In this document: positions 46,692-60,978 of the stretch, piece after piece
Layout of the letters: every line of letters starts with the position of its first letter
How positions within the stretch are numbered: the first letter of the stretch is position 1
Source: Shigella phage vB_SboM_Phaginator
Sequence record: OL615012
Strand: one strand, 5' to 3'
DNA length: 64,000 nucleotides
Position numbers and translations under genes: made by a program
The notes under the pieces: model-generated
Told to the model about the DNA's origin: nothing
What the model saw: only the letters and a program-made list of their open reading frames with translations
The model's database searches: none

Positions 46692-48674
46692 ATGGCAAAT
46701 ACCCCTGTAAATTATCAATTAACAAGAACAGCAAATGCTATTCCCGAGATATTCGTCGGGGGTACGTTTGCTGAAATAAAACAAAACCTCATTGAATGGC
46801 TTAATGGCCAAAATGAATTTTTGGATTATGATTTTGAAGGCTCAAGATTAAACGTTCTGTGTGACCTTTTGGCTTATAATACGTTGTACATTCAGCAGTT
46901 TGGTAATGCTGCTGTGTATGAAAGCTTTATGCGTACTGCTAACTTACGAAGTTCAGTTGTTCAAGCTGCACAAGATAACGGATATTTACCTACTTCAAAA
47001 TCCGCTGCGCAGACCGAAATTATGTTAACTTGTACAGACGCATTGAATAGGAATTACATTACTATTCCTCGCGGAACTCGCTTTTTAGCATATGCAAAAG
47101 ATACTTCTGTTAATCCATATAACTTCGTTTCTACCGAAGACGTTATTGCTATTCGTGATAAAAATAACCAATATTTTCCACGTTTAAAATTAGCTCAGGG
47201 ACGTATAGTAAGAACTGAAATCATTTATGATAAATTAACACCTATTATCATTTATGATAAAAATATTGATAGAAACCAGGTTAAATTATATGTTGATGGA
47301 GCGGAATGGATTAACTGGACGAGAAAGTCAATGGTTCATGCTGGTTCAACATCAACGATTTACTATATGCGTGAAACTATTGATGGAAACACTGAATTCT
47401 ATTTTGGCGAAGGTGAAATTTCTGTTAATGCTTCTGAAGGAGCTTTGACCGCTAATTATATCGGAGGTCTTAAACCTACCCAGAACTCTACAATTGTTAT
47501 TGAGTACATCAGTACTAACGGTGCAGATGCGAATGGTGCAGTCGGATTTTCATATGCAGATACATTAACAAATATAACTGTCATCAATATTAATGAAAAT
47601 CCAAACGACGACCCAGATTTTGTCGGAGCAGATGGCGGCGGTGATCCAGAAGATATTGAGCGTATTCGCGAATTGGGTACTATTAAACGCGAAACCCAGC
47701 AACGCTGCGTAACTGCGACTGATTATGATACATTCGTTTCAGAGAGATTTGGTTCTATTATTCAAGCTGTTCAGACTTTCACTGATTCTACTAAACCTGG
47801 TTATGCATTTATTGCTGCTAAACCTAAATCAGGATTGTATTTAACTACTGTGCAGCGTGAAGATATTAAAAATTATCTCAAAGATTATAATTTAGCTCCT
47901 ATTACGCCATCAATTATTTCTCCTAATTATCTTTTTATTAAGACTAATTTAAAAGTCACATACGCTTTAAATAAGCTGCAAGAATCCGAACAGTGGCTCG
48001 AAGGTCAAATAATTGATAAAATTGATCGTTATTATACTGAAGATGTAGAAATTTTTAACTCATCTTTCGCTAAGTCTAAGATGTTGACATATGTAGATGA
48101 TGCAGATCATTCTATCATTGGTTCATCAGCGACAATTCAAATTGTTCGTGAAGTACAAAACTTCTATAAAACGCCTGAAGCAGGTATTAAATACAATAAT
48201 CAAATAAAAGACCGTTCTATGGAATCTAATACGTTTTCATTTAATTCTGGACGAAAAGTTGTAAATCCTGATACTGGTTTAGAAGAAGATGTATTATATG
48301 ACGTTCGTATAGTATCAACAGACCGAGATTCTAAAGGAATTGGTAAAGTTATTATCGGTCCATTTGCTTCTGGCGATGTTACAGAAAATGAAAATATTCA
48401 GCCATACACAGGAAATGATTTTAACAAATTAGCAAACTCCACAGGACGTGACAAATACTATGTTATCGGTGAAATAAATTATCCAGCTGACATGATTTAT
48501 TGGAATATCGCTAAAATTAATTTAACATCTGAAAAATTTGAAGTTCAGACTATTGAATTATATTCTGACCCAACCGATGATGTTATCTTTACTCGCGATG
48601 GTTCACTGATTGTATTTGAAAATGACTTACGTCCACAATACTTAACTATCGATTTGGAGCCTATATCACAATGA
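46692..48674 (+). CDS. 6: Baseplate wedge protein gp6
   Basis: 660 aa, T4 gp6 length and order. Confidence 0.9.
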   Translation: MANTPVNYQLTRTANAIPEIFVGGTFAEIKQNLIEWLNGQNEFLDYDFEGSRLNVLCDLLAYNTLYIQQFGNAAVYESFMRTANLRSSVVQAAQDNGYLPTSKSAAQTEIMLTCTDALNRNYITIPRGTRFLAYAKDTSVNPYNFVSTEDVIAIRDKNNQYFPRLKLAQGRIVRTEIIYDKLTPIIIYDKNIDRNQVKLYVDGAEWINWTRKSMVHAGSTSTIYYMRETIDGNTEFYFGEGEISVNASEGALTANYIGGLKPTQNSTIVIEYISTNGADANGAVGFSYADTLTNITVININENPNDDPDFVGADGGGDPEDIERIRELGTIKRETQQRCVTATDYDTFVSERFGSIIQAVQTFTDSTKPGYAFIAAKPKSGLYLTTVQREDIKNYLKDYNLAPITPSIISPNYLFIKTNLKVTYALNKLQESEQWLEGQIIDKIDRYYTEDVEIFNSSFAKSKMLTYVDDADHSIIGSSATIQIVREVQNFYKTPEAGIKYNNQIKDRSMESNTFSFNSGRKVVNPDTGLEEDVLYDVRIVSTDRDSKGIGKVIIGPFASGDVTENENIQPYTGNDFNKLANSTGRDKYYVIGEINYPADMIYWNIAKINLTSEKFEVQTIELYSDPTDDVIFTRDGSLIVFENDLRPQYLTIDLEPISQ

Positions 48675-51600
48675 CAGTAAAAGCACCTTCAGTCACTAGT
48701 CTCAGAATTTCCAAGTTATCCGCAAATCAGGTGCAAGTACGCTGGGATGACGTTGGTGCTAATTTCTACTATTTTGTAGAAATCGCTGAGACAAAAACAA
48801 ACTCGGGGGAAAATCTCCCGAGTAATCAATACAGATGGATTAATTTAGGGTATACAGCAAATAATAGTTTCTTTTTTGATGATGCTGATCCACTGACATC
48901 ATATGTTATTAGAGTAGCTACGGCGGCTCAAGATTTTGAGCAGTCTGACTGGATTTATACCGAAGAGTTTGAAACTTTTGCTACGAATGCTTACACATTT
49001 CAAAATATGATTGAAATGCAATTAGCTAATAAATTCATTCAGGAAAAGTTCACTCTTAATAATTCTGATTATGTTAATTTTAATAATGACACCATAATGG
49101 CTGCATTGATGAATGAATCGTTTCAATTCAGCCCATCATATGTTGATGTTTCATCAATCAGTAATTTTATTATTGGTGAAAATGAGTATCATGAAATACA
49201 AGGTTCTATTCAGCAAGTATGTAAGGATATTAACCGAGTTTATTTGATGGAATCAGAAGGGATTCTATATCTTTTTGAGCGCTATCAACCCGTAGTTAAA
49301 GTATCCAATGATAAAGGACAAACCTGGAAAGCTGTAAAGCTCTTCAATGACCGCGTAGGATATCCTTTATCTAAGACTGTATATTACCAATCTGCGAACA
49401 CAACATACGTTCTAGGATACGACAAGATTTTCTATGGCCGCAAATCTACTGATGTTAGATGGTCAGCCGATGATGTCAGATTTAGTTCTCAGGATATAAC
49501 ATTTGCTAAACTTGGCGACCAGTTACATTTAGGATTTGATGTAGAAATTTTTGCCACTTACGCAACTTTACCAGCGAATGTATACCGTATAGCTGAGGCT
49601 ATTACTTGCACGGATGATTATATCTATGTTGTTGCCAGAGATAAAGTTAGATACATAAAAACGAGTAATGCACCTATAGATTCTGATCCATTATCTCCAA
49701 CATATTCGGAAAGACTTTTTGAACCTGATACCATGACTATAACCGGAAATCCTAAAGCAGTATGCTATAAAATGGATTCTATCGGTGATAAAGTTTTTGC
49801 TCTCATTATTGGTGAAGTTGAAACATTAAATGCTAATCCTAGAACATCAAAAATAATTGATTCCGCTGATAAAGGAATATATGTTTTAAATCATGACGAA
49901 AAAACATGGAAAAGAGTTTTTGGTAATACCGAAGAAGAAAGAAGACGTATTCAACCCGGATATGCGAATATGTCAACTGACGGTAAATTAGTTTCTCTGT
50001 CTTCGAGTAATTTTAAATTTTTAAGTGATAATGTTGTTAATGACCCTGAAACTGCAGCAAAATATCAGTTAATTGGTGCTGTCAAATATGAATTTCCTCG
50101 TGAATGGTTAGCTGATAAGCATTATCATATGATGGCATTTATAGCGGATGAAAAATCTGATTGGGAGACTTTTACTCCTCAACCAATGAAATACTACGCA
50201 GAACCGTTCTTTAACTGGTCTAAAAAATCTAACACACGTTGTTGGATAAACAACTCCGATAGGGTTGTAGTAGTTTATGCTGATTTAAAATACACTAAAG
50301 TTATAGAAAATATTCCGGAAACATCACCAGATAGATTAGTTCATGAATACTGGGATGATGGCGATTGCACTATAGTAATGCCAAATGTCAAATTCACTGG
50401 ATTTAAAAAATACGCATCAGGAATGCTTTTTTATAAAGCCTCTGGTGAAATAATTTCTTACTATGATTTTAACTATCGTGTGAGAGATACAGTAGAAATT
50501 ATTTGGAAGCCAACTGAAGTATTTTTAAAAGCATTTTTACAAAACCAAGAGCATGAAACCCCTTGGTCGCCTGAAGAAGAGCGTGGATTGGCTGACCCTG
50601 ATTTAAGACCATTGATTGGCACAATGATGCCTGATTCTTATTTGTTACAGGATTCGAATTTTGAGGCATTTTGCGAAGCATATATTCAATATCTTTCTGA
50701 TGGATATGGAACTCAGTATAACAATTTACGAAATTTAATTCGTAACAAATATCCACGAGAAGAGCATGCATGGGAATATTTGTGGTCAGAGATATATAAA
50801 AGAAACATTTATTTAAATGCTGACAAACGTGATGCTGTTGCAAGATTTTTCGAATCACGTAGCTATGATTTTTATTCTACTAAAGGAATTGAAGCATCAT
50901 ACAAATTTCTTTTTAAAGTTCTTTATAATGAAGAGGTTGAAATTGAAATTGAATCTGGGGCTGGTACTGAATATGATATAATCGTTCAATCTGATTCTTT
51001 GACTGAAGACTTAGTAGGACAAACGATTTATACGGCAACAGGAAGATGTAATGTTACTTATATAGAAAGAAGCTATTCTAATGGTAAATTGCAATGGACC
51101 GTAACTATTCATAATCTTTTAGGACGATTAATTGCTGGTCAAGAAGTTAAAGCAGAAAGACTCCCTAGTTTTGAAGGCGAAATTATTCGTGGGGTTAAAG
51201 GAAAGGATTTGCTTCAAAATAATATAGACTATATTAATAGAAGTCGATCATATTATGTAATGAAAATTAAATCCAATTTACCTTCTTCTCGTTGGAAATC
51301 TGACGTTATTCGTTTTGTTCATCCAGTAGGATTTGGATTTATAGCAATTACACTTTTAACGATGTTTATTAATGTTGGTTTAACTCTTAAACACACAGAG
51401 ACTATAATTAATAAATACAAAAACTATAAATGGGATTCTGGATTGCCTACTGAATATGCTGATAGAGTAGCTAAATTGACTCCAACTGGTGAAATTGAGC
51501 ATGATTCGGTAACAGGCGAAGCAATTTATGAGCCTGGCCCAATGGCTGGTGTAAAATATCCTCTTCCTGATGACTATAATGCTGAAAATAATAATTCAAT

Positions 51601-51769
51601 ATTTCAAGGTCAATTGCCGTCTGAACGACGTAAATTAATGAGTCCTTTATTTGATGCATCTGGAACAACATTTGCGCAATTTAGAGATTTAGTTAATAAA
51701 CGTCTAAAAGATAATATAGGAAATCCAAGAGACCCTGAAAATCCAACACAGGTTAAAATAGATGAATGA
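48671..51769 (+). CDS. 7: Baseplate wedge protein gp7
   Basis: 1032 aa, T4 gp7 length and order. Confidence 0.9.
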   Translation: MTVKAPSVTSLRISKLSANQVQVRWDDVGANFYYFVEIAETKTNSGENLPSNQYRWINLGYTANNSFFFDDADPLTSYVIRVATAAQDFEQSDWIYTEEFETFATNAYTFQNMIEMQLANKFIQEKFTLNNSDYVNFNNDTIMAALMNESFQFSPSYVDVSSISNFIIGENEYHEIQGSIQQVCKDINRVYLMESEGILYLFERYQPVVKVSNDKGQTWKAVKLFNDRVGYPLSKTVYYQSANTTYVLGYDKIFYGRKSTDVRWSADDVRFSSQDITFAKLGDQLHLGFDVEIFATYATLPANVYRIAEAITCTDDYIYVVARDKVRYIKTSNAPIDSDPLSPTYSERLFEPDTMTITGNPKAVCYKMDSIGDKVFALIIGEVETLNANPRTSKIIDSADKGIYVLNHDEKTWKRVFGNTEEERRRIQPGYANMSTDGKLVSLSSSNFKFLSDNVVNDPETAAKYQLIGAVKYEFPREWLADKHYHMMAFIADEKSDWETFTPQPMKYYAEPFFNWSKKSNTRCWINNSDRVVVVYADLKYTKVIENIPETSPDRLVHEYWDDGDCTIVMPNVKFTGFKKYASGMLFYKASGEIISYYDFNYRVRDTVEIIWKPTEVFLKAFLQNQEHETPWSPEEERGLADPDLRPLIGTMMPDSYLLQDSNFEAFCEAYIQYLSDGYGTQYNNLRNLIRNKYPREEHAWEYLWSEIYKRNIYLNADKRDAVARFFESRSYDFYSTKGIEASYKFLFKVLYNEEVEIEIESGAGTEYDIIVQSDSLTEDLVGQTIYTATGRCNVTYIERSYSNGKLQWTVTIHNLLGRLIAGQEVKAERLPSFEGEIIRGVKGKDLLQNNIDYINRSRSYYVMKIKSNLPSSRWKSDVIRFVHPVGFGFIAITLLTMFINVGLTLKHTETIINKYKNYKWDSGLPTEYADRVAKLTPTGEIEHDSVTGEAIYEPGPMAGVKYPLPDDYNAENNNSIFQGQLPSERRKLMSPLFDASGTTFAQFRDLVNKRLKDNIGNPRDPENPTQVKIDE

Positions 51770-52766
51770 TTCAAGTGTTATCTATCGTGCGATAGTTACT
51801 TCAAAATTTAGAACAGAAAAAATGTTGAATTTTTATAATTCAATTGGAAGTGGTCCGGATAAAAACACTATCTTTATCACATTTGGAAGATCAGAACCGT
51901 GGTCATCAAATGAAAATGAGGTGGGCTTTGCCCCACCTTATCCAACAGATTCTGTATTAGGCGTAACTGACATGTGGACGCATATGATGGGAACAGTAAA
52001 AGTTCTTCCATCAATGCTTGATGCAGTTATTCCTCGCAGAGATTGGGGAGATACTAGATATCCGGATCCATACACATTTAGAATTAATGATATTGTAGTG
52101 TGTAACTCAGCTCCTTACAACGCTACTGAATCAGGTGCAGGCTGGTTAGTATATCGTTGTTTAGATGTTCCTGATACCGGAATGTGTTCAATCGCATCTT
52201 TAACTGATAAGGATGAATGCCTTAAGTTAGGTGGAAAATGGACTCCTTCTGCTAGGTCAATGACTCCTCCTGAAGGTCGAGGAGATGCTGAAGGAACAAT
52301 TGAACCTGGGGACGGATATGTTTGGGAATATCTATTTGAGATTCCGCCTGATGTATCTATAAATAGATGCACGAATGAATATATCGTGGTTCCTTGGCCT
52401 GAGGAATTAAAAGAAAATCCGACTAGATGGGGATATGAAGATAATCTCACTTGGCAACAAGATGATTTTGGATTAATTTACCGTGTTAAGGCAAATACTA
52501 TCCGTTTTAAAGCATATTTAGATTCAGTTTATTTTCCTGAAGCTGCATTGCCGGGAAATAAAGGATTTAGACAAATATCAATAATCACGAATCCTCTTGA
52601 AGCTAAAGTTCATCCAAATGACCCAAATGTTAAAGCTGAAAAGGATTATTATGATCCGGAAGATTTAATGAGGCATTCGGGCGAAATGATTTATATGGAA
52701 AATAGGCCACCTATTATTATGGCAATGGATCAGACAGAAGAAATCAATATTCTGTTTACATTTTAA
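51762..52766 (+). CDS. 8: Baseplate wedge protein gp8
   Basis: 334 aa, T4 gp8 length; followed by terminator hairpin. Confidence 0.9.
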   Translation: MNDSSVIYRAIVTSKFRTEKMLNFYNSIGSGPDKNTIFITFGRSEPWSSNENEVGFAPPYPTDSVLGVTDMWTHMMGTVKVLPSMLDAVIPRRDWGDTRYPDPYTFRINDIVVCNSAPYNATESGAGWLVYRCLDVPDTGMCSIASLTDKDECLKLGGKWTPSARSMTPPEGRGDAEGTIEPGDGYVWEYLFEIPPDVSINRCTNEYIVVPWPEELKENPTRWGYEDNLTWQQDDFGLIYRVKANTIRFKAYLDSVYFPEAALPGNKGFRQISIITNPLEAKVHPNDPNVKAEKDYYDPEDLMRHSGEMIYMENRPPIIMAMDQTEEINILFTF

Positions 52767-52770
52767 ATTA

Positions 52771-52798
52771 AGGGAGCCCATGGGCTCCCTTTTTCTTT
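52771..52798 (+). terminator. Rho-independent terminator after gene 8
   Basis: AGGGAGCCC-ATG-GGCTCCCT hairpin followed by TTTTTCTTT. Confidence 0.75.
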
Positions 52799-52805
52799 AT
52801 AAATA
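52798..52805 (+). promoter_or_regulatory. Late promoter (TATAAATA) for gene 9
   Basis: Plus-strand TATAAATA between gene 8 terminator and gene 9 start. Confidence 0.7.
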
Positions 52806-52829
52806 CTATAAACTCATAAGGAAACCGCT

Positions 52830-53696
52830 ATGTTCATTCAAGAACCAAAGAAATTGATTGATACCGGCGAAATTGGTAACGCTTCTACTGGTGATATCTT
52901 ATTCGACGGTGGTAATAAAATTAATAGTGATTTTAACGCAATTTATAATGCGTTTGGCGATCAACGTAAAATGGCAGTAGCAAATGGCACCGGAGCAGAT
53001 GGTCAAATTATCCATGCTACTGGATATTATCAAAAACACTCTATTGCAGAGTATGCAACTCCAGTGAAAGTTGGCACTAGACATGATATTGATACCTCTA
53101 CTGTAGGTGTTAAAGTTATCATTGAAAGAGGCGAACTCGGCGATTGTGTTGAATTCATTAACTCTAATGGATCAATATCAGTTACTAATCCTTTGACAAT
53201 CCAAGCTATTGATTCAATTAAAGGCGTTTCAGGTAATTTAGTAGTAACTAGTCCATATAGTAAAGTTACTTTACGTTGTATTTCATCTGATAATTCAACT
53301 TCAGTTTGGAATTATTCTATTGAAAGCATGTTTGGACAAAAGGAATCACCAGCTGAAGGTACATGGAATATTTCTACATCTGGATCAGTTGATATTCCAC
53401 TATTTCATCGTACTGAATACAATATGGCTAAATTGCTAGTTACGTGCCAATCGGTAGATGGAAGAAAAATTAAAACAGCAGAAATAAATATTCTTGTGGA
53501 TACTGTTAATTCAGAAGTTATTTCTTCTGAGTATGCTGTCATGCGAGTTGGGAATGAAACCGAAGAAGACGAAATCGCTAATATTGCATTTAGTATTAAA
53601 GAAAATTATGTAACGGCGACTATAAGTTCTTCAACTGTCGGTATGAGAGCAGCAGTTAAAGTTATCGCTACGCAGAAAATCGGGGTGGCTCAATAA
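52830..53696 (+). CDS. 9: Baseplate protein gp9 (long tail fibre attachment)
   Basis: 288 aa, T4 gp9 length; late promoter at 52798-52805. Confidence 0.9.
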   Translation: MFIQEPKKLIDTGEIGNASTGDILFDGGNKINSDFNAIYNAFGDQRKMAVANGTGADGQIIHATGYYQKHSIAEYATPVKVGTRHDIDTSTVGVKVIIERGELGDCVEFINSNGSISVTNPLTIQAIDSIKGVSGNLVVTSPYSKVTLRCISSDNSTSVWNYSIESMFGQKESPAEGTWNISTSGSVDIPLFHRTEYNMAKLLVTCQSVDGRKIKTAEINILVDTVNSEVISSEYAVMRVGNETEEDEIANIAFSIKENYVTATISSSTVGMRAAVKVIATQKIGVAQ

Positions 53697-55504
53697 TGAA
53701 ACAAAATATTAATATCGGTAATGTTGTAGATGATGGTACCGGTGACTACCTGCGTAAAGGTGGTATAAAAATAAATGAAAACTTTGATGAGCTTTATTAC
53801 GAGCTCGGTGATGGAGACGTTCCATATTCAGCCGGTGCCTGGAAAACTTATGATTCTTCATCTGGGCAAACACTAAAAGCTGAATGGGGAAAATCATACG
53901 CTATTAATACCTCTTCTGGAAGAGTGACTATAAATCTTCCAAAAGGAACAGTTAATGATTACAACAAGGTAATTAGAGCTAGAGACGTATTTGCTACATG
54001 GAACGTTAATCCAGTTACACTAGTAGCTGCTTCCGGCGATACGATTAAAGGGTCTGCAGTACCAGTTGAAATTAATGTTCAATTCAGCGATTTAGAACTA
54101 GTGTATTGTGCCCCAGGACGTTGGGAATATGTCAAAAATAAACAAATTGACAAAATTACCAGTTCAGACATTAGTAATGTAGCTCGTAAAGAATTTTTAG
54201 TCGAAGTCCAAGGACAAACAGACTTTTTAGATGTTTTCCGTGGAACTAGTTATAATGTAAATAACATCAGAGTAAAACATCGTGGTAACGAATTATATTA
54301 TGGCGATGTATTTAGCGAAAACAGCGATTTTGGCTCTCCGGGCGAAAATGAAGGAGAACTAGTTCCTCTTGATGGATTTAATATTCGATTAAGACAGCCT
54401 TGTAATATTGGTGACACTGTTCAAATTGAAACATTTATGGATGGTGTATCGCAGTGGAGAAGTTCATATACAAGACGTCAAATTAGATTGTTAGATTCAA
54501 AATTAACGTCAAAAACTTCTTTAGAAGGAAGCATTTACGTTACTGATTTATCAACAATGAAATCAATTCCATTTTCTGCTTTTGGATTAATTCCAGGAGA
54601 ACCTATTAATCCTAACTCTCTTGAGGTTCGTTTTAATGGAATTTTGCAGGAATTGGCTGGAACAGTTGGAATGCCGTTATTTCATTGTGTTGGTGCCGAT
54701 TCAGATGATGAAGTAGAATGCTCTGTTTTAGGTGGAACTTGGGAACAATCTCATACCGATTATTCAATTGAAACTGATGAAAACGGCATACCGGAAATTT
54801 TACATTTTGATAGAGTATTTGAGCATGGTGACATTATCAATATCACCTGGTTTAATAATGATTTGGGTACATTATTAACAAAAGATGAGATTATTGATGA
54901 AACTGATAATCTCTATGTATCGCAAGGACCAGGAGTAGATATTTCTGGTGATGTAAATTTAACGGACTTCGATAAAATTGGTTGGCCAAATGTAGAAGCA
55001 GTTCAATCTTATCAACGTGAATTTAATGCTGTTTCAAATATTTTCGATACGATTTATCCTATCGGAACTATATATGAAAATGCTGTTAATCCAAATAACC
55101 CTGTTACATATATGGGATTCGGCTCGTGGAAATTATTTGGGCAAGGAAAAGTTTTAGTTGGATGGAATGAAGATATTTCGGACCCTAACTTTGCTTTAAA
55201 TAACAATGATTTAGATTCGGGTGGAAATCCTTCACATACTGCAGGTGGAACAGGCGGTTCTACTTCTGTTACATTGGAAAATGCTAATCTTCCTGCAACT
55301 GAGACAGATGAAGAAGTTCTAATAGTTGATGAAAATGGATCAGTCATTGTTGGTGGATGTCAATACGATCCAGATGAGTCTGGTCCGGTTTACACGAAAT
55401 ACCGTGAAGCTAAAGCATCTACTAACTCTACTCACACTCCGCCAACATCAATAACTAACATTCAACCATATATTACAGTTTATCGTTGGATAAGGATTGC
55501 ATAA
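53696..55504 (+). CDS. 10: Baseplate wedge protein gp10
   Basis: 602 aa, T4 gp10 length. Confidence 0.9.
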   Translation: MKQNINIGNVVDDGTGDYLRKGGIKINENFDELYYELGDGDVPYSAGAWKTYDSSSGQTLKAEWGKSYAINTSSGRVTINLPKGTVNDYNKVIRARDVFATWNVNPVTLVAASGDTIKGSAVPVEINVQFSDLELVYCAPGRWEYVKNKQIDKITSSDISNVARKEFLVEVQGQTDFLDVFRGTSYNVNNIRVKHRGNELYYGDVFSENSDFGSPGENEGELVPLDGFNIRLRQPCNIGDTVQIETFMDGVSQWRSSYTRRQIRLLDSKLTSKTSLEGSIYVTDLSTMKSIPFSAFGLIPGEPINPNSLEVRFNGILQELAGTVGMPLFHCVGADSDDEVECSVLGGTWEQSHTDYSIETDENGIPEILHFDRVFEHGDIINITWFNNDLGTLLTKDEIIDETDNLYVSQGPGVDISGDVNLTDFDKIGWPNVEAVQSYQREFNAVSNIFDTIYPIGTIYENAVNPNNPVTYMGFGSWKLFGQGKVLVGWNEDISDPNFALNNNDLDSGGNPSHTAGGTGGSTSVTLENANLPATETDEEVLIVDENGSVIVGGCQYDPDESGPVYTKYREAKASTNSTHTPPTSITNIQPYITVYRWIRIA

Positions 55505-56163
55505 TGAGTTTACTTAATAATAAAGCGGGAGTTATTTCCCGCTTAGCCGATTTTCTTGGTTTTAGACCTAAAGCTGGTAATATAGATGTAATGAATCGTC
55601 AATCAGTTGGGTCAGTGACAATTTCTCAATTAGCGAAAGGATTCTATGAACCAAACGTAGAATCAGCTATTAATGATGTTCATAATTTTTCTATAAAAGA
55701 TGTTGGTACAATTATTACTAATAAAACCGGTGTTTCTCCTGAGGGTGTTTCTCAAACTGATTATTGGGCATTTTCGGGAACGGTAACAGACGATTCGCTT
55801 CCTCCAGGTTCTCCTGTTACTGTATTAGTATTTGGACTTCCAGTTTCAGCTACAACCGGAATGACAGCAATTGAGTTTGTTGCAAAAGTTCGTGTTGCAT
55901 TACAAGAAGCTATTGCGTCATTTACTGCTATCAATTCATATAAAGACCATCCAACAGATGGTAGTAAATTAGAAGTTACTTATTTAGATAATCAAAAACA
56001 TGTATTAAGCACATATTCTACATATGGAATAACTATTTCGCAGGAAATTATTTCTGAGTCTAAACCTGGCTACGGTACATGGAATTTATTAGGCGCACAA
56101 ACTGTAACTTTAGATAATCAGCAGACTCCTACAGTATTTTATCATTTTGAGAGAACAGCATGA
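55504..56163 (+). CDS. 11: Baseplate wedge protein gp11 (short tail fibre attachment)
   Basis: Track ORF starts 55486; ATG at 55504 overlapping gp10 stop (TAATG) gives [17 protein letters not shown]..., 219 aa as in T4. Confidence 0.9.
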   Translation: MSLLNNKAGVISRLADFLGFRPKAGNIDVMNRQSVGSVTISQLAKGFYEPNVESAINDVHNFSIKDVGTIITNKTGVSPEGVSQTDYWAFSGTVTDDSLPPGSPVTVLVFGLPVSATTGMTAIEFVAKVRVALQEAIASFTAINSYKDHPTDGSKLEVTYLDNQKHVLSTYSTYGITISQEIISESKPGYGTWNLLGAQTVTLDNQQTPTVFYHFERTA

Positions 56164-57743
56164 GTAATAATACATATCAACACGTTTCTAATGAATCTCG
56201 TTATGTAAAATTTGATCCTACCGATACGAATTTTCCACCAGAGATTACTGATGTTCAGGCTGCTATAGCAGCCATTTCTCCTGCTGGCGTAAATGGAGTT
56301 CCTGATGCATCGTCAACAACAAAGGGAATTTTATTTCTTGCCACTGAACAGGAAGTTATAGATGGAACTAATAATACTAAAGCAGTTACACCAGCAACGT
56401 TGGCAACAAGATTATCTTATCCAAATGCAACTGAAACTGTTTACGGATTAACAAGATATTCAACCAATGATGAAGCCATTGCCGGAGTTAATAATGAATC
56501 TTCTATAACTCCAGCTAAATTTACTGTTGCTCTTAATAATGCGTTTGAAACTCGTGTTTCAACTGAATCCTCGAATGGTGTTATTAAAATTTCATCTCTA
56601 CCGCAAGCATTAGCTGGTGCAGATGATACTACTGCAATGACTCCGTTAAAAACTCAACAGTTAGCTATTAAACTAATTGCGCAAATTGCTCCTTCTGAAA
56701 CTGCAGCTACCGAATCGGCCCAAGGCGTTGTTCAATTAGCAACAGTAGCGCAAGTTCGTCAAGGAACTTTAAGAGAAGGCTATGCGATTTCTCCTTATAC
56801 GTTTATGAATTCTACTGCTACTGAAGAGTATAAAGGTGTAATTAAATTAGGAACACAGTCAGAAGTTAACTCGAATAATGCTTCAGTTGCAGTTACTGGC
56901 GCAACTCTTAATGGCCGTGGTTCTACAACGTCAATGAGAGGCGTAGTTAGATTAACAACAACAGCTGGGTCACAAAGCGGAGGTGATGCTTCATCAGCAT
57001 TAGCTTGGAATGCTGACGTTATCCACCAAAGAGGTGGTCAAACGATTAATGGAACACTCCGCATTAATAATACGCTCACAATAGCTTCAGGTGGAGCAAA
57101 TATTACCGGCACAGTTAATATGACTGGTGGTTATATTCAAGGTAAGCGTGTCGTAACACAAAATGAAATTGATAGAACTATTCCTGTCGGAGCTATTATG
57201 ATGTGGGCCGCTGATAGTCTTCCTAGTGATGCTTGGCGATTCTGTCATGGCGGAACTGTTTCAGCTTCAGATTGTCCATTATATGCTTCTAGAATTGGAA
57301 CAAGATACGGCGGAAGTTCATCAAATCCTGGATTGCCTGACATGCGCGGTCTTTTTGTTCGTGGCTCTGGTCGTGGCTCTCACTTAACTAATCCAAATGT
57401 TAATGGTAATGACCAATTTGGTAAGCCTAGATTAGGTGTAGGTTGTACCGGTGGATATGTTGGTGAAGTACAGAAACAACAGATGTCTTATCATAAACAT
57501 GCTGGCGGATTTGGTGAGCATGATGATTCTGGAGCATTCGGTAATACCCGTAGATCAAATTTTGTTGGTACACGTAAAGGACTTGACTGGGATAACCGTT
57601 CATACTTCACCAATGATGGATATGAAATTGACCCAGCATCACAACGAAATTCCAAATATACATTAAATCGTCCTGAATTAATTGGAAATGAAACACGTCC
57701 ATGGAACATTTCTTTAAACTACATTATTAAGGTAAAAGAATGA
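56160..57743 (+). CDS. 12: Short tail fibre protein gp12
   Basis: 527 aa, T4 gp12 length and order. Confidence 0.9.
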   Translation: MSNNTYQHVSNESRYVKFDPTDTNFPPEITDVQAAIAAISPAGVNGVPDASSTTKGILFLATEQEVIDGTNNTKAVTPATLATRLSYPNATETVYGLTRYSTNDEAIAGVNNESSITPAKFTVALNNAFETRVSTESSNGVIKISSLPQALAGADDTTAMTPLKTQQLAIKLIAQIAPSETAATESAQGVVQLATVAQVRQGTLREGYAISPYTFMNSTATEEYKGVIKLGTQSEVNSNNASVAVTGATLNGRGSTTSMRGVVRLTTTAGSQSGGDASSALAWNADVIHQRGGQTINGTLRINNTLTIASGGANITGTVNMTGGYIQGKRVVTQNEIDRTIPVGAIMMWAADSLPSDAWRFCHGGTVSASDCPLYASRIGTRYGGSSSNPGLPDMRGLFVRGSGRGSHLTNPNVNGNDQFGKPRLGVGCTGGYVGEVQKQQMSYHKHAGGFGEHDDSGAFGNTRRSNFVGTRKGLDWDNRSYFTNDGYEIDPASQRNSKYTLNRPELIGNETRPWNISLNYIIKVKE

Positions 57744-59203
57744 CAGATATTGTACTGAATGACTTACCATTCGTTGACGGCCCTCCTGCAGAGGGCCAGA
57801 GCCGCATTTCCTGGATTAAAAACGGCGAAGAAATATTAGGAGCTGACACACAGTATGGAAGTGAAGGTTCAATGAATAGACCTACAGTTTCCGTACTAAG
57901 AAATGTTGAAGTTCTTGATAAAAACATTGGAATACTTAAAACATCTTTAGAAACCGCAAATAGTGATATTAAAACCATCCAGGGCATCTTAGATGTATCT
58001 GGTGATATTGAAGCTTTGGCCCAAATAGGTATCAATAAAAAGGATATTTCTGACCTCAAAACGCTAACCAGTGAACACACAGAAATATTAAATGGAACTA
58101 ATAGTACTGTTGACAGCATTCTTGCTGATATTGGTCCATTTAACTCTGAGGCCAACTCTGTATACAGAACAATCAGAAATGATTTACTGTGGATAAAGCG
58201 TGAACTTGGACAATACACTGGTCAAGATATTAATGGTCTTCCTGTTGTAGGAAATCCTAGTAGCGGAATGAAGCATCGCATTATTAATAATACTGATGTC
58301 ATTACTTCACAGGGAATACGTTTAAGCGAATTAGAAACAAAATTTATTGAATCTGATGTAGGTTCTTTGACTATTGAAGTTGGTAATCTTCGCGAAGAGC
58401 TTGGACCGAAACCACCGTCTTTTTCACAGACTGTTTATAGTCGTTTAAATGAAATTGACACTAAACAGACAACAGTTGAGTCTGATATTAGTGCTATTAA
58501 GACCTCAATAGGATATCCGGGAAATAATTCGATTATTACGAGTGTTAATACAAACACTGATAATATTGCATCTATTAATTTAGAGCTAAATCAAAGTGGA
58601 GGTATTAAACAGCGTTTAACCGTTATTGAAACTTCTATTGGTTCAGATGATATTCCTTCGAGTATTAAAGGACAAATTAAAGATAATACAACTTCAATCG
58701 AAGCTCTAAACGGAATTGTAGGTGAAAACACTTCATCTGGTTTAAGAGCGAATGTTTCATGGTTAAACCAAATTGTTGGAACTGATTCTAGCGGTGGACA
58801 ACCGTCTCCTCCTGGGTCTCTTTTAAACCGAGTTTCTACAATTGAAACTTCTGTTTCAGGCTTGAATAACGATGTTCAAAACCTACAAGTAGAGATTGGT
58901 AATAACAGCACAGGAATTAAAGGGCAAGTTGTAGCGTTAAATACTTTAGTAAATGGAACTAACCCAAATGGTTCAACTGTCGAAGAACGCGGATTAACCA
59001 ATTCAATAAAAGCTAACGAAACCAACATTGCATCAGTTACACAAGAAGTGAATACCGCTAAAGGTAGTATATCTTCTCTACAAGGTGATGTTCAAGCTCT
59101 CCAAGAAGCAGGTTATATTCCTGAAGCTCCAAAAGATGGCCAAGCTTACGTTCGTAAAGACGGCGAATGGGTATTACTTTCTACCTTTTTATCACCAGCA
59201 TAA
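57740..59203 (+). CDS. wac: Fibritin (whisker antigen control) Wac
   Basis: 487 aa; repetitive coiled-coil segments; C-terminal [27 protein letters not shown] foldon-type tail. Confidence 0.9.
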   Translation: MTDIVLNDLPFVDGPPAEGQSRISWIKNGEEILGADTQYGSEGSMNRPTVSVLRNVEVLDKNIGILKTSLETANSDIKTIQGILDVSGDIEALAQIGINKKDISDLKTLTSEHTEILNGTNSTVDSILADIGPFNSEANSVYRTIRNDLLWIKRELGQYTGQDINGLPVVGNPSSGMKHRIINNTDVITSQGIRLSELETKFIESDVGSLTIEVGNLREELGPKPPSFSQTVYSRLNEIDTKQTTVESDISAIKTSIGYPGNNSIITSVNTNTDNIASINLELNQSGGIKQRLTVIETSIGSDDIPSSIKGQIKDNTTSIEALNGIVGENTSSGLRANVSWLNQIVGTDSSGGQPSPPGSLLNRVSTIETSVSGLNNDVQNLQVEIGNNSTGIKGQVVALNTLVNGTNPNGSTVEERGLTNSIKANETNIASVTQEVNTAKGSISSLQGDVQALQEAGYIPEAPKDGQAYVRKDGEWVLLSTFLSPA

Positions 59204-59206
59204 CAT

Positions 59207-59233
59207 GGGGCCGCAAGGCCCCAAAGGATTTTT
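59207..59233 (+). terminator. Stem-loop (GNRA tetraloop) after wac; possible terminator or RNA-stability element
   Basis: GGGGCC-GCAA-GGCCCC followed by AAAGGATTTTTA. Confidence 0.45.
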
Positions 59234-59235
59234 AA

Positions 59236-60937
<1,702 letters not shown>

Positions 60938-60978
60938 TAAATATTATAAACTAATTAAAGCCCAGATTAGGAGAAATC

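Noticed and set aside
52357-52364. TATAAATA octamer inside gene 8
   Set aside because: Within coding sequence with no downstream start codon; likely chance occurrence in AT-rich DNA, though an internal late promoter cannot be excluded.
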